This document shows positions 45,340 through 56,427 of a stretch of DNA of 64,000 nucleotides, in pieces (the first letter of the stretch is position 1; each line of letters opens with the position of its first letter). The stretch lies in the NCBI GenBank assembly GCA_963733055.1, contig CAVTBR010000001.1, positions 224,001-288,000 of the forward strand, written 5' to 3'. The stretch is from Candidatus Bathyarchaeota archaeon. Its GTDB lineage: Archaea; Thermoproteota; Bathyarchaeia; 40CM-2-53-6. The position numbers and the translations under genes were made by a program. The notes under the pieces are model-generated. The model had not been told where the DNA came from. It did no database searches and saw nothing but the letters and a program-made list of their open reading frames with translations.

Positions 45340-47754
45340 ATGTCACAGAAAATATTCAAAGAAATAACAACAGGCATAGCCTTAGCACTTCTAATCTACG
45401 TCACCGCGTCCACTGCAATTCCAGTGTTATTCAGTAATGCGTACGCCCAAACGCCACCTCTCTTTTCCGCCACTTTGATTGCTCCGACAGGTGGAAACTC
45501 CGCGAGGAGACAATACGCGAGCATCATCACCAGTAACATGATATCCGTGGGAATCGATGCGAAGCTGTTCTACGTAAACTTCGACCAGCTCTCAAATCGA
45601 CTCTTCGCACTCTCCGCCGCCCCGGGTTCATCGTTTGCCCAGGGTGGGTATGATATCGGATTTATCGGATGGGGCCAAACGGCCTACGTGCCCGATTTTA
45701 GGTCAAACTTCGATGGCAGACCATCATTCCTTCCACCCACCGGAAACAATTACGCGTATTACAACAGCCCAACAGTTAACGGAATCTTCGACAAGCTCTA
45801 CAGCACCACAGACACCGCGACACAGCTTCAATTGACGCACCAGTTTGAGGATCAACTCTTCAATGATGCTCCATACAATTACATATTCGACCCCGTTCAG
45901 ATAGTTCCGAGAGCATCAAAGTTTACAGAATGGGGTAACTCTACTCTCTACAGCGACGTCACGTTCCCCGGAGGAGACCTTCAGCACTGGGGAGGCGCTA
46001 ATAGCCTCATTTTGGCAGAATCAGCTAACATCTTCCCAGGCAACAACCTAAACCCAGCCGTCACGGCCTCATCGAACAGCCAATATGCGTACTACGTATT
46101 CCAACCCATCATCGGCGCAGCACTACAGGAGTCAGATCCTCGTTGCAGTTGCTTCGTGCAGGGCACAGCGCAGAATATCACCTCAAGCCCCGACGGAACG
46201 ACTTGGACCGTTAACATCAGACCTGGTGTAATGTTCCAGGATGGCGTTGAAGTTACAGCTGACGACTTCGTCTTCACATCATACGCGGAGACGAACCCGA
46301 GCACTGCCAGCGTGAGTCTGGGCGGCAACGTCCAATATCTTGGCAGCAAAGTCACCTTCACCTTCCTGAACGGAACCTCTAGGGTTGATGACAATACTGG
46401 CCCAGGTGTTCCGGAGACTGATGGTTGGTGGAAGTCAACTGGCAAGTACCAATTCCAGTTCCACATCCCTGCAATCTACGCATTCACAAGCGACGTCTAC
46501 GCGGCCTTTGCTCCGCTACCCATGCACATTATGGAGAAGTTCCCCTTCTCGACGTGGGACAGTCAACCGTTCAGCACCGCGTCTGGCCCGTACACCTACA
46601 CTTGGAATACGCAGCAGTACGGTGGGTCAGGTAGTTACACTGCCGTCGGTCCGGTAGGTGCGGGACCGTATGAGCTACAGAGCTACGACTTCACAAACAA
46701 CATAGCAACCCTAACCAAGTTCCCAGGCTACTGGAACGCCTCCGGGTTGGAGTCGATGGGGCAGTTCTCGGTTGACACGTACAAGGTTCAGTGGATCAGC
46801 AGCAAAGACGCAGCCATCGCAGCCCTCAAGAACGGACAAGTGGACATGCTCGATTCACAGTACGGCCTCGGCAAAGACAGGGCAACGCTTCAAGCAATCC
46901 CCAACGTCAATGTCATCCGAGCGGTTGAGCTGGGTTGGCAGGAGATGGGATTCAACATGAACAACCCCGTCTTCGGCACCGGAACAGCGACACCGGCAGG
47001 AACGAGCGACCCAACCAAAGCAGCCGAAGCAGCCCGCGACATCCGCAAAGCAATCAGCCACATGATTCCACGTGACCTGATCATCAACTCACTCCTGAAC
47101 GGAGGGGGAGAGCCAATCGCAGTAGCTCCCGGGCCAGGTTGGGGTGTATGGTACGACTCAAGCCTAACACCTGATTCCTACGACCTCAACGCAGCCGCAT
47201 CACTCCTACAACAAGCCGGCTATACTGTCAGCGTTACACCCCCAGCGCCAATAGCGTACGTGGGAAGCCCGATGCTGGGTAGTGGTTCCGTAACTATATC
47301 CGGCACAGGACCAGCTGCAGATATGTTGGTTATGGTTCAACAGAGCACTGATGGCGGAAATACATGGACTGATTTCGCTCCGCTCCTGACCGACAATTCG
47401 AGCCGCTATCAAACTGCAGCGTCAGCACCACCAGCCTTCGGCACCGTATGGTACCGAGCGAACTTTACCGGCATCGTCCCAACACCCGGCATCGTAGCTG
47501 GAATCCAGAACGGCACTGTAAAACTTGACGAGATGGAATACCAAACACTGAGCACCACCAGTGCTGACTGGCTTAACGGCCGAGTGCTATGGACACCGCT
47601 ACCCGGTCAATCGCAGACCACAGACCCAATCGCCGTATCGTCTTCGTCTACGGACGCAATGGTTGTCGCCGTACCGATCGTCGTAATCATTGCAATCGTA
47701 GGCGCAGCCCTCTGGATGCGAGCTCGCAAAAAGAAATCAACCAAGGCAGCCTGA
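45340..47754 (+). CDS. ABC transporter substrate-binding protein, family 5 (peptide/nickel), with C-terminal membrane anchor
   Basis: Signal peptide; SPDGTTWTVNIRPGVMFQDG.EVTADD; GAGPY; ALKNGQVD; IRKAISH; C-terminal TM plus basic tail. Confidence 0.88.
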   Translation: MSQKIFKEITTGIALALLIYVTASTAIPVLFSNAYAQTPPLFSATLIAPTGGNSARRQYASIITSNMISVGIDAKLFYVNFDQLSNRLFALSAAPGSSFAQGGYDIGFIGWGQTAYVPDFRSNFDGRPSFLPPTGNNYAYYNSPTVNGIFDKLYSTTDTATQLQLTHQFEDQLFNDAPYNYIFDPVQIVPRASKFTEWGNSTLYSDVTFPGGDLQHWGGANSLILAESANIFPGNNLNPAVTASSNSQYAYYVFQPIIGAALQESDPRCSCFVQGTAQNITSSPDGTTWTVNIRPGVMFQDGVEVTADDFVFTSYAETNPSTASVSLGGNVQYLGSKVTFTFLNGTSRVDDNTGPGVPETDGWWKSTGKYQFQFHIPAIYAFTSDVYAAFAPLPMHIMEKFPFSTWDSQPFSTASGPYTYTWNTQQYGGSGSYTAVGPVGAGPYELQSYDFTNNIATLTKFPGYWNASGLESMGQFSVDTYKVQWISSKDAAIAALKNGQVDMLDSQYGLGKDRATLQAIPNVNVIRAVELGWQEMGFNMNNPVFGTGTATPAGTSDPTKAAEAARDIRKAISHMIPRDLIINSLLNGGGEPIAVAPGPGWGVWYDSSLTPDSYDLNAAASLLQQAGYTVSVTPPAPIAYVGSPMLGSGSVTISGTGPAADMLVMVQQSTDGGNTWTDFAPLLTDNSSRYQTAASAPPAFGTVWYRANFTGIVPTPGIVAGIQNGTVKLDEMEYQTLSTTSADWLNGRVLWTPLPGQSQTTDPIAVSSSSTDAMVVAVPIVVIIAIVGAALWMRARKKKSTKAA

Positions 47755-47977
47755 TATTCCTACCAACGCGATAACGCATGGGTAACAGTAACACGCCCCA
47801 TGCGCTATCACTCCTTTTTTTGTATTCAGAAATGAAGCCTATATCCTCTCAATTAAGTCCAGCTTTTCTCTTTGTGTTCGACAGTTCTCCGAGTCATCAG
47901 CCGTCATGTGACGGCAATCGCGAAGTCTTTTGTGGGCAGCCTTTTGTGGCAACAAGGCTAGGATCAAGTGACCAGCC

Positions 47978-48685
47978 TTGTATGAGGTCGCGTATCGCAT
48001 CAAGCATCAAAATTGCCCCTATAGGGAGCTGTCGGCGAAACAGCCGAATGCGAAGATTTGGCAGTGGTGCAACTCCAAAGTCGACTTCTTCGAGATTCGA
48101 GGTGAGGGATCCTCTCAGGTCGCTAGAGACTTGAGGCGGATGATTAGGCAGGTGAAGAAAAAAATCAAGCTTGAAACATTCACAAAACGCCAGGGAGTGG
48201 CTATTATGGCGACGGTAACCTGCCCATGTAATTTTTTGTTACAAAGAGCCAATTCGCCAGTCATTCCCTTCCAAATTGATCGTTTCCATTGCGCTTCGAT
48301 AGGTCCAGTGGTTTACGAGGATGGTTGGGAGTACCATCGAATCGCGGCCCCACATCCAGTTGAGCTAAAGGGGTTACTCGAGGCTCTAAGCCAGATGGGC
48401 GAGATGGACGTTCTCTTGAAAAAACAGTACCATGGCGATTTCGCACAAAACACATACACACTCTCTATCGCAGAATTGTTTCGTACGTTGACTGAGAAAC
48501 AGAGGCGAGCACTTGTAAACGCGTTAGAAAACGGCTACTACACGATTCCTAGACGCACAACGGTGGGTAAGCTCGCGGGTGCGGAGGGTGTCCCGCGAAC
48601 GACGCTTGAAGAACACCTCCACAAAGCGGAAAGCAAAGTCTTGCGATCTCTTAGTCCATACCTACGCGTCTTTGACTCAACTTAG
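47978..48685 (+). CDS. HTH_10 (bacterio-opsin activator-like) regulator
   Basis: LTEKQRRAL..GYYTIPRR..TLEEHLHKAESK. Confidence 0.9.
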   Translation: MYEVAYRIKHQNCPYRELSAKQPNAKIWQWCNSKVDFFEIRGEGSSQVARDLRRMIRQVKKKIKLETFTKRQGVAIMATVTCPCNFLLQRANSPVIPFQIDRFHCASIGPVVYEDGWEYHRIAAPHPVELKGLLEALSQMGEMDVLLKKQYHGDFAQNTYTLSIAELFRTLTEKQRRALVNALENGYYTIPRRTTVGKLAGAEGVPRTTLEEHLHKAESKVLRSLSPYLRVFDST

Positions 48686-48780
48686 CAGCCCACCAGCAAT
48701 CGAGCCGGCAGCGAGAGACCTGTTCAACCCGTATTCCACTATTACCGACCAACCTCACCTTAAATCAAACAAAAATCGCT

Positions 48781-49536
48781 ATGCTCTGGACATCCACTTT
48801 GAGGTTAGCTGTATTCTCGGACGTTCACGGGAACTGCGTGGCGCTCGACGCAGTTCTTTCGGACATCGGTAAGGAGTCTGTTGATGGGATGGTCTGTCTC
48901 GGTGATGCAATCCAGGGAGGCGCTCAACCCGCTGAAACCGTGTCCCGCTTGCGGGAACTACGCGTGCCGACGGTTATGGGAAACTCAGACGCGTGGCTGC
49001 TCACCGGAGAGGACCCGTCTGCAAAGGAAACCGTTTCTGACGCCCAGAAGGAAGTTAGAGCTTGGTCGCTTTCAAGGCTGATGAAGAAGGATCTCGATTT
49101 CATCAGACAATTCAAGAACATCATAACGTTGTCTCTTGGTGATGAAAAGCTTGTATGCTTTCATGGGTCCCCTGCATCCTTCGACGATCTAATCTGGCCC
49201 ACGACCGCTGAGGAGGAGTTCGTGCGAGTGGTAAGCGGATTCGGAAGTTCAATACTTTGTGGGGGTCATACGCACTTGCAACATTTGCGTAGGTTCAAAG
49301 GCTCTTTCTATTTCAACCCCGGTAGCGTCGGCTTTTCATACGATCACTCCAAGAGTCCCGAGGAGCTTAGCGCCGATAACTGGGCTGAGTATGCAATAGT
49401 CTCTTCGGAGAAAGGATGCTCAGGCGTGGAGTTCAGAAGAATACCATTCGACACAGAAGAGTGGATAAAGGTAACAACTAGAAGCGGGAGGCCCGGCGCA
49501 GACAAAGTATCGCGGGCATATTCGGCGAGAGCTTGA
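48781..49536 (+). CDS. Metallophosphoesterase
   Basis: SDVHGN, CLGD, MGNSD, FHGSP, GHTH, NPGSVG. Confidence 0.92.
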   Translation: MLWTSTLRLAVFSDVHGNCVALDAVLSDIGKESVDGMVCLGDAIQGGAQPAETVSRLRELRVPTVMGNSDAWLLTGEDPSAKETVSDAQKEVRAWSLSRLMKKDLDFIRQFKNIITLSLGDEKLVCFHGSPASFDDLIWPTTAEEEFVRVVSGFGSSILCGGHTHLQHLRRFKGSFYFNPGSVGFSYDHSKSPEELSADNWAEYAIVSSEKGCSGVEFRRIPFDTEEWIKVTTRSGRPGADKVSRAYSARA

Positions 49537-49760
49537 AAACCGTAGAATTTAAAGCAGTTGTGACAAGGCCACGTGGTTATTTCATTTACACATCGAACTG
49601 CGCTCTAGACCACTAGGTTTCTGGAGCAGATCACTAGGGTGAACATGTCAAAGCTTATCGAATTCAACGATATCGTCCTAGAGTTCCTAAAGAATCAGGA
49701 GAATCAAGGCTGAATAAAGTAGGTTTTTCCTTGAAAACAAACCTCGCTAGAACCTGTTCG

Positions 49761-50417
49761 CTAATTCGCGAATACTTGAGGATAAGATGTATGGACTTCC
49801 GTTATCAGGAGGTCTCTCGACGACGGGCGCCCGAACCTAATCCGGTCAAAGTCTGTTTGGGGAAGTTCAAGAATATCCAGCATGTCCACGTTCTTTCGGA
49901 GCGCTATTCGCCATTCAGGGTCCGCTGGTTTAGGTGAGGAAATCAGTTTCTTTACGGCGTGCATCAAAAGATCCTTTTTGATAATGGTACCGCACATAGG
50001 TTCCTTGAGACATATCCCATACTCACCGCTGCGAAAATCAACCCAAATCTTCTGAACAAGGTCTTCGATTCCTTCATTCGATATCCCTTCAAGATTTACG
50101 ACGATGCTGAAGCTGTCCTTATCCCTTCGTTTGAGGTTCTCTAAGGCTCTCCTTAGCTGGTTACGGAACATTTCAGCGAACGACGCCCCTGCATCCTTTG
50201 CTTGTAGCATGAGCGCTGAATAGGTTGGAGGATACCATTCAGTGCCGTCTTCAAAGACGTAGGTCGGTTTCGGGAAAAGCTCCGACTCGACAAGTATCCT
50301 TAGTTGCCCAACCGAAAGACTTGTTCTGGAAGCCAATTCTTCCGCCGTTATGAAGTTGCGGCGTACGTAGGCTTTGTCACTCCAACTCATTTGTTGCCTA
50401 ACGTTATCATCTACCAA
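49761..50417 (-). CDS. Hypothetical protein, DUF6058-like
   Basis: PKPTYV..DGTEWYP, SGEYGICL, FDRIRFGRPSSRD; family call from memory. Confidence 0.55.
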   Translation of the reverse strand: MVDDNVRQQMSWSDKAYVRRNFITAEELASRTSLSVGQLRILVESELFPKPTYVFEDGTEWYPPTYSALMLQAKDAGASFAEMFRNQLRRALENLKRRDKDSFSIVVNLEGISNEGIEDLVQKIWVDFRSGEYGICLKEPMCGTIIKKDLLMHAVKKLISSPKPADPEWRIALRKNVDMLDILELPQTDFDRIRFGRPSSRDLLITEVHTSYPQVFAN

Positions 50418-50433
50418 TTACTCTATCTCCTCG

Positions 50434-50859
50434 TCAGTACCCGTCGCGGACTCTGTCGTCTTGCGGTCTTGGGCTGAGATAAAGCCCAATCCAATTTCCG
50501 TCCGGGTCTTTGACGCAAGCTATCCAACCATCCGTAGCGCTAGGGGTTACTTCGGTAGGCTGAACGCCTTTCCTGAGGAGATTGTCGTATGTTTCAGTCA
50601 GATTATCGACTGAAAAGGCGATATGGTCAAGGCCTTCACCGGGTTCATATGGGGTTGCAAAAGTCGAACCCTCTGGATACCAATTTAATTCAAGTTTTTG
50701 TCCGGACTTCAGATCTCTGAGGAGAATGTACAGGCCGGCGCCATGTTTTCGACTTCTTGCATCACCTCTTGCAATCTCCTTCAAGCCGAAGAGTCCCGTG
50801 TAGAACTTCACCGATTTTTCGAGGTCAGTGACTCTGATTCCAACATAGCTCATATACAT
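50434..50859 (-). CDS. VOC family protein (lactoylglutathione lyase-like)
   Basis: GIRVTDLEKSVKFY, LDHIAF, KDPDGNWI. Confidence 0.88.
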   Translation of the reverse strand: MYMSYVGIRVTDLEKSVKFYTGLFGLKEIARGDARSRKHGAGLYILLRDLKSGQKLELNWYPEGSTFATPYEPGEGLDHIAFSVDNLTETYDNLLRKGVQPTEVTPSATDGWIACVKDPDGNWIGLYLSPRPQDDRVRDGY

Positions 50860-50910
50860 TCAGCGAACACCAACAGACATCCCATGGTCACAGTTCTTGA
50901 AATAAATCGG

Positions 50911-51693
50911 TCAGTATCCTCCGCTTCGTGATATCACACTACATGCAGGATTGGGACAGTCGGGAAGTCCGGGAATGGTCGCGTTCAACACGTTAAAGCC
51001 GCTTGTGCCAACAATTGTTGACGGCACCGTGTCCTCAGCAGACATCATTACTCCAGTGTACCCCCAAATACTGAGTGTAGACATGTTAAGATCCTTTGAG
51101 TCAGATCCGATGTCTAGGGCGGGGTAGATTCCGAAATAGTACGGTGGCGTGATAGCATAGTAACCTGTCGAGTCAACCGATGAGTTTACTGTGTATCTGT
51201 AGATGATCCATCCGTTATCTTGATAGACAACCACACCCTCAGAGAATCTAACTCGGCTCGTGTTCACCGTCGCGGAAGCGACTGAAAGTGCGAAGGGCAC
51301 AAGGCTAGGTGGCACCGTCGGAAGCGGCCCTACGTGGCCTATGGTACTGGCGGATAGGTGGTAAAGAATATCCATCGTGCCAGTTTCCCCTGGTTTCAGA
51401 ACCAACACAGGAACATAAAATTCTGGAACATGGTTCACTAATCCCCCTCTACCTCCCCCCAAAAGAACAAAATTCGAGTTCGAAACCACAATGTTCAGCG
51501 ATCGCAGGCAAAGCTGTCCCGCAGGGGCGCCAATTTGGCTTGCGAGGAGAGTATCACAGGCAGGCGCGTGTGGGCTTGCGCTTGAGAGAAAGTAAGTAGT
51601 AGCCCCCATCACAAGGACAAGAATGAAAATGAGCCCAGCGGCCGACATCAGAGCATCAGACTGGGGAGGTTTATGGATGCTCTCGCGAGACAT
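50911..51693 (-). CDS. Membrane-anchored hypothetical protein
   Basis: N-terminal TM helix after the ATG at 51693; beta-rich extracellular part with paired Cys. Confidence 0.6.
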   Translation of the reverse strand: MSRESIHKPPQSDALMSAAGLIFILVLVMGATTYFLSSASPHAPACDTLLASQIGAPAGQLCLRSLNIVVSNSNFVLLGGGRGGLVNHVPEFYVPVLVLKPGETGTMDILYHLSASTIGHVGPLPTVPPSLVPFALSVASATVNTSRVRFSEGVVVYQDNGWIIYRYTVNSSVDSTGYYAITPPYYFGIYPALDIGSDSKDLNMSTLSIWGYTGVMMSAEDTVPSTIVGTSGFNVLNATIPGLPDCPNPACSVISRSGGY

Positions 51694-52205
51694 TCGTGAA
51701 GAATCGTGCAAGATGATCGACGTCAGATAAGTTCGCGCTTCGAACGTCAGATAAAGTTTCTGCCACCAGATGACGGCAGTCTTGATTCGGAACGTGATTT
51801 TTCGATATCCCACGATCGCTAGTCGGCAACTCTACATTCCAACTACGAACCGCACAGGAGTGAATCAGAAAATCACTCTAGCGAACAGTTCAGCCAAGTG
51901 ATGATGGCTGTAGAAACCAATTCTTGCTTAGGGGAAGAAAAACGGGTTTTCCCGCGACTTCCCCTTCATCGCGTTTAGGCAGCACAGTTCTGGTCTGACT
52001 TTACGCTATTTATCAACTATCTAGATGAATGCAATTAAGCAGGTGAAGAGTAGGTGAGACACGCGATACACCTGACCGGAGGATGCTTGGAGACGATTCG
52101 AATGCGAATCTCTCGATTTTGCAATCGACTTCCATTGCAACCGAAAAGCCGAATCATTATTCTAGGGCTCTAAAGCATGGAACCTTAACGAGGGAGATTG
52201 TTCAG

Positions 52206-52904
52206 TTGACAAAGAAACTCTTTTGGGAGGACATGTACACGAAAGAGTTCAAGGCTAAGATAGCCTCGGTCGCAGACAACAAAGTCGTGCTCGATCAGAC
52301 CGCGTTCAATCCCCAAGGCGGTGGCCTTGTTGGCGATATTGGATGGTTGGATACTGCGAAGGTCGTCGACACCGTCAAGGGCAATGACGATTCCATCGTA
52401 CATCTGTTAGACTCGCCGGCAAATTTCTCCGTTGGAGCAGAAGTTCAAGGGAAACTTGACTGGGACAGGCGCTATAGAATCATGCGAATGCACACCTCTG
52501 CACACCTCCTCAGTTCAATCTTCCATAAACAAACCGGCGCGCTAATCACAGGAAATCAAATTCAACCCGATAAGTCCAGGCTTGATTTCAGCCTTGAAGA
52601 CTTTAACAGGGAAAGAATGCTCACCTACTGCAGCCAGGCGAACGAAGCCATCACCAAGAATCCCGCCGTGAAGACCTACTTCATGAAGAGGGAGGAAGCG
52701 ATGAAGATCCCGGGTATCACGAAATTAGCTACCGCTGCACCACCAGACGTGCAAGAGCTGCGCATCGTGGAGATTGAAGGTTACGATATTCAAGCGGATG
52801 GAGGCGTCCACGTCAAGAACTTGGGCGAGGTCGTTAAGATAGACCCTATGAAATTCGAGAACAAAGGCAAGAGCAACAGAAGACTATACTTCACCATCCC
52901 ATGA
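52206..52904 (+). CDS. alaX: AlaX-M alanyl-tRNA editing protein
   Basis: LDQTAFNPQGGG, MRMHTSAHLL, QADGGVHV, NKGKSNRR. Confidence 0.9.
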   Translation: MTKKLFWEDMYTKEFKAKIASVADNKVVLDQTAFNPQGGGLVGDIGWLDTAKVVDTVKGNDDSIVHLLDSPANFSVGAEVQGKLDWDRRYRIMRMHTSAHLLSSIFHKQTGALITGNQIQPDKSRLDFSLEDFNRERMLTYCSQANEAITKNPAVKTYFMKREEAMKIPGITKLATAAPPDVQELRIVEIEGYDIQADGGVHVKNLGEVVKIDPMKFENKGKSNRRLYFTIP

Positions 52905-52942
52905 CGGCGTCGGCCCGAATATCGTTCGCTTTGAAGACTCCG

Positions 52943-53197
52943 TTAACTGAAGACGGCGCGCCTCAAGACCATCTCAAGAGTATTCTGATCCGAAAGTGTT
53001 GAACCCCCAAGCCTAATGTTACCATTCACCTCGACAACTGGGATCACGTTCTTGTAACGTTCGTACAGCTCCGGACTCTCCGTTATGTCTCTCGTGAATA
53101 TTTCCAGAGGACCCTCAATAGCGAGTTCCCTTAGAGTGGATATTACGTTCTCGCATAGGTGGCAACCCTCTTTCGTGTAGACAACGACACTGGTCAT
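52943..53197 (-). CDS. Glutaredoxin-like protein (DUF836 type)
   Basis: YTKEGCHLC..YERYKNVIPVV. Confidence 0.85.
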   Translation of the reverse strand: MTSVVVYTKEGCHLCENVISTLRELAIEGPLEIFTRDITESPELYERYKNVIPVVEVNGNIRLGGSTLSDQNTLEMVLRRAVFS

Positions 53198-53297
53198 TCC
53201 ATTCACCGGCGGGCGCGTTTTAAACAATGATTTTCGGACATTGAACCGGAAAAGAAGGAGTAGAAAAAAGGTTTCGTTGGCCCAACCATCAAGTGTT

Positions 53298-53504
53298 TTA
53301 CTTGACGAGTTCGCCAGTTGCGAATCGTGGACCAACAGTGTTGATCTTGACCTTCACCTTATCGCCAGGCTTGGTTTGGGGGACAAAGACTACGAAGCCT
53401 TCGATCCTAGCGACTCCGTCGCCACGGCGACTGGTCTCCTTGATTTCAACTTCGTATTCCTTCCCTTCCTCGACTGGCTTATGGAAGGAGCGTTCATAGC
53501 TCAT
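53298..53504 (-). CDS. Single TRAM-domain RNA chaperone
   Basis: KPVEEGKEYEVEI..RGDGVARIEGFVVFVP..GDKVKVKI. Confidence 0.93.
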   Translation of the reverse strand: MSYERSFHKPVEEGKEYEVEIKETSRRGDGVARIEGFVVFVPQTKPGDKVKVKINTVGPRFATGELVK

Positions 53505-53843
53505 GCGTTTCACCTCGACTTTTCGTTCGTTCAGCTAGTTCGTCGGGAGAAAACTGGCGCGTCGGAACGTTTCATTACGTATAAGACGGTCGGCTTCAGC
53601 CCGTACATCATAGCTTACAACACACTGACTTTGGTGAACTTAATAATCCTACCTGACCAATGGATGGTTCATTGCGCACGAGATTCGCCAACCATTGTTG
53701 ATGTGCACCACATCGTACACATTTTCTATCCACGTTTCGTTTTTTGAATCAGTCGATTCACGTAAGAAGGCTTTTATTGGCTGTCGAGCTTCTGCCGACG
53801 TTACCAACACTACCAGTATACTTTCACCGGAGGTGAACTACGC

Positions 53844-54170
53844 TTGACAGAACAAAAAACAGTAACAGAAAGACCCCCTTCCACCCGAGGCAATATTCCA
53901 TCCAACACAGTCCTTATTGGCCAAAAACCACTCATGAGTTATGCTACTGCTATCGTGATGCAAATCAACAGTGGCAGTAAGGAACTTTCCGTAAAGGCGC
54001 GCGGCCGCGTCATCTCCAAGGCAGTCGATGTGGTTGAGGTCTGCCGCAGACGCTTCTTCGAGGGCAAACTCGAAATTACGGGAGTCAACATTGGGACTGA
54101 AGTGCTAGGTGAAGAGGGCCAAACGAGAAACGTCTCCACGATTGAAATTAAGCTCGCGAAGAAGGCTTAG
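53844..54170 (+). CDS. albA: Alba chromatin/nucleic acid-binding protein
   Basis: VLIGQKPLMSY, VKARGRVISKAVDV, RNVSTIEI. Confidence 0.95.
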   Translation: MTEQKTVTERPPSTRGNIPSNTVLIGQKPLMSYATAIVMQINSGSKELSVKARGRVISKAVDVVEVCRRRFFEGKLEITGVNIGTEVLGEEGQTRNVSTIEIKLAKKA

Positions 54171-54211
54171 CCTTTTTGATTGTGGAAATCTAAAATCCTT
54201 TTTTCTTAACT

Positions 54212-56178
54212 TTATTTTTGAAGTTCAGGTCGAATCGCTTCGAAGTAGTCGAGCGATTCTGGGTTGCTTAGCGCGTCCCGGTTTGAGATGGGTTTGCCGT
54301 TGATGATATTTCTGACGGCGCTCTCTACCTTCTTCATGTTGAACGTGTACGGGATTGCTGGCGCATCGAGTATGAACGCCGGCACATGACGTGGTGAGGC
54401 GTTCTCACGGAGAGCTTTGCTTATCCTTGCCTTCAAGTCCTCTGTTAGATGTTGACCTGGCGACAGTTGAACGAAGAGTATGACACGTTGATCGTCTTTC
54501 CAGTTCTGCCCAATTACAAGGCTGTCAGCAATTTCGGGGAACTTTTCAACGATACTGTAGACCTCCGCTGTACCGATGCGAACTCCTGATGGCTTAAGAA
54601 CGCTATCTGAACGGCCTAGGAAGGTTACGCCTCCCGTATCGCTATGGATCACTACGTAATCGCCGTGTCTCCAAACATTCTTTCCCGCGGTAGCGTAATA
54701 GTTGAAGTAGGCTTCTTTGTACTTCTCATTGTTCGGGTCGTTCCAGAAGTAGAGCGGCATTGAGGGTGACGGAGCTTCGCAAACAAGTTCGCCCTCCCTG
54801 TCTAATACAGGGGTACCATCTTCATCATAGGCCTCGATTTTCATGGCCAGCCCGGGAGCCTGGAGTTCACCGGCATAGACTGGGAGCGTGGGGCTTCCTC
54901 CGGCGAAGCAGCCGTTGAGGTCTGTTCCGCCCGCTATCGAATTGAAATGCAAGTCTTGTTTAATTTCGTTGTACACCCACTCAAAACCCTCCTTGGAGAG
55001 AGGCGAACCTGTTTGCGAGATTTCTCTCAGAGAAGTGAGGTCGTAGGTTCGGCCGGGTTTAGCGTTCAAGCTTCGAAGATAGTTTATGTAACTTGCACTG
55101 CAACCAAAGATGGTTATCTTCTCCTCTTGGGTTAGCTGCCACATTCTTCCCCAGTCGGGATAATTCGGGTTGCCATCGTACAGAATTATGGTCGGCCCGA
55201 CCGCCAACGAACTCATGAGCCAGTTCCACATCATCCAGCTGGGAGAGGAGATGTACGTGATTCTGTCGCTTCGGGTGAGGTCGGAGTGAAGTAGGAGTTC
55301 CTTGAGATGGTTAAGCAGTACACCTGCACCTTGAACCATACACTTTGGTTTGCCGGTGGTGCCCGAAGAAAACATTACGTAAACCGGATGGTCGAAGGGC
55401 AGTTGCTCAAATTCAATATCAGTTGACTTTTTGCGGAGAGGAATTGATCGAACGGCACCGCACCTGGAATATGTTCAGCGGTTGATTCGCTGTCTACGTA
55501 TGATGCTACGACTACTTTTTCGATTGACGGAATCCCGTCGACAACTTTCTGGGCGTTCGAGATTGTGTCGAAGACTTGATTCTTGTAGAAGTATCCGTCA
55601 GCCGTGAAGAGAACCTTTGGTTCAATCTGAGCGAAACGGTCCAGAACAGCCATGGGTCCCAGCTCCGCACCGCAAGAACTCCAGAGAGCTCCCAGACTCG
55701 TAGCTGCGAGCATGGCGGTTGTTGTTTGAACAATATTAGGCATGTAAGCGCACACCCGATCTCCGCGCCGGACTCCCATCTCGCGGAGCGAAACCGCCAA
55801 ACGCGCAATCCGGTCGTAGAGTTCTGCGTACGTAACATGATCAGTCTTTCGCGTCTCTCCCCTAAATACGAAAGCTGTTCGTTCATCCTTGAATCGCAGC
55901 AGGTTCTCGGCGAAATTCAGTTGTGCACCGACGAACCATTTCGCACCAGGAAAGTTTGCAAGGTCATCGACGACCTGATCGTATCCCTTAGATGATCTAA
56001 TGCCTGCATACTCCCACATTGCGCCCCAGAAGTTTGGTATCGCCTCGATTGACCATTTGTAAAGGTCCCGATAAGACTCGAGCCTTACTCCGTATCTCTT
56101 GTTCACAAACTGAAGGAACGCAACCATGTTGGAACTATTAACACGTCCTCGCGAAGGAGTCCAAAGTAATTCTCCCAT
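54212..56178 (-). CDS. Acetoacetate-CoA ligase, frameshift in A run at ~55430
   Basis: LWTPS, LNFAENLL and MFSSGTTGKPKC, GRSD..GVRIG; one additional A joins the frames (KSTDIEFEQLPFDHPVYVMFSSG). Confidence 0.9.
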
Positions 56179-56427
56179 GAGACATCCCTCTACAGGCTTG
56201 AGGTTGCTTACCAACTAGAGAGTAGAGTATGGTACCGGTGTGTTAGACCCCGTTATGTTTCAACCAAGGTTTAAATGATAGTGTGGCTTGTCGGCTTACA
56301 CGAACGGAAACCGTGCGGACGATAGAGAAGTTCTGCACAGCGAAACTAGAACGCGGTTATCCCGTAGCGCGGAAGCTTAGCTGTTCTGTTTTCTGAAAGC
56401 GGTTTACGTAGGAAACAAGAAATCAGA

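Noticed and set aside
51898-51998. Possible C/D box sRNA (GTGATGA ... CTGA with internal hairpin)
   Set aside because: Boxes are ~100 nt apart, with no clear C'/D' boxes or terminal stem
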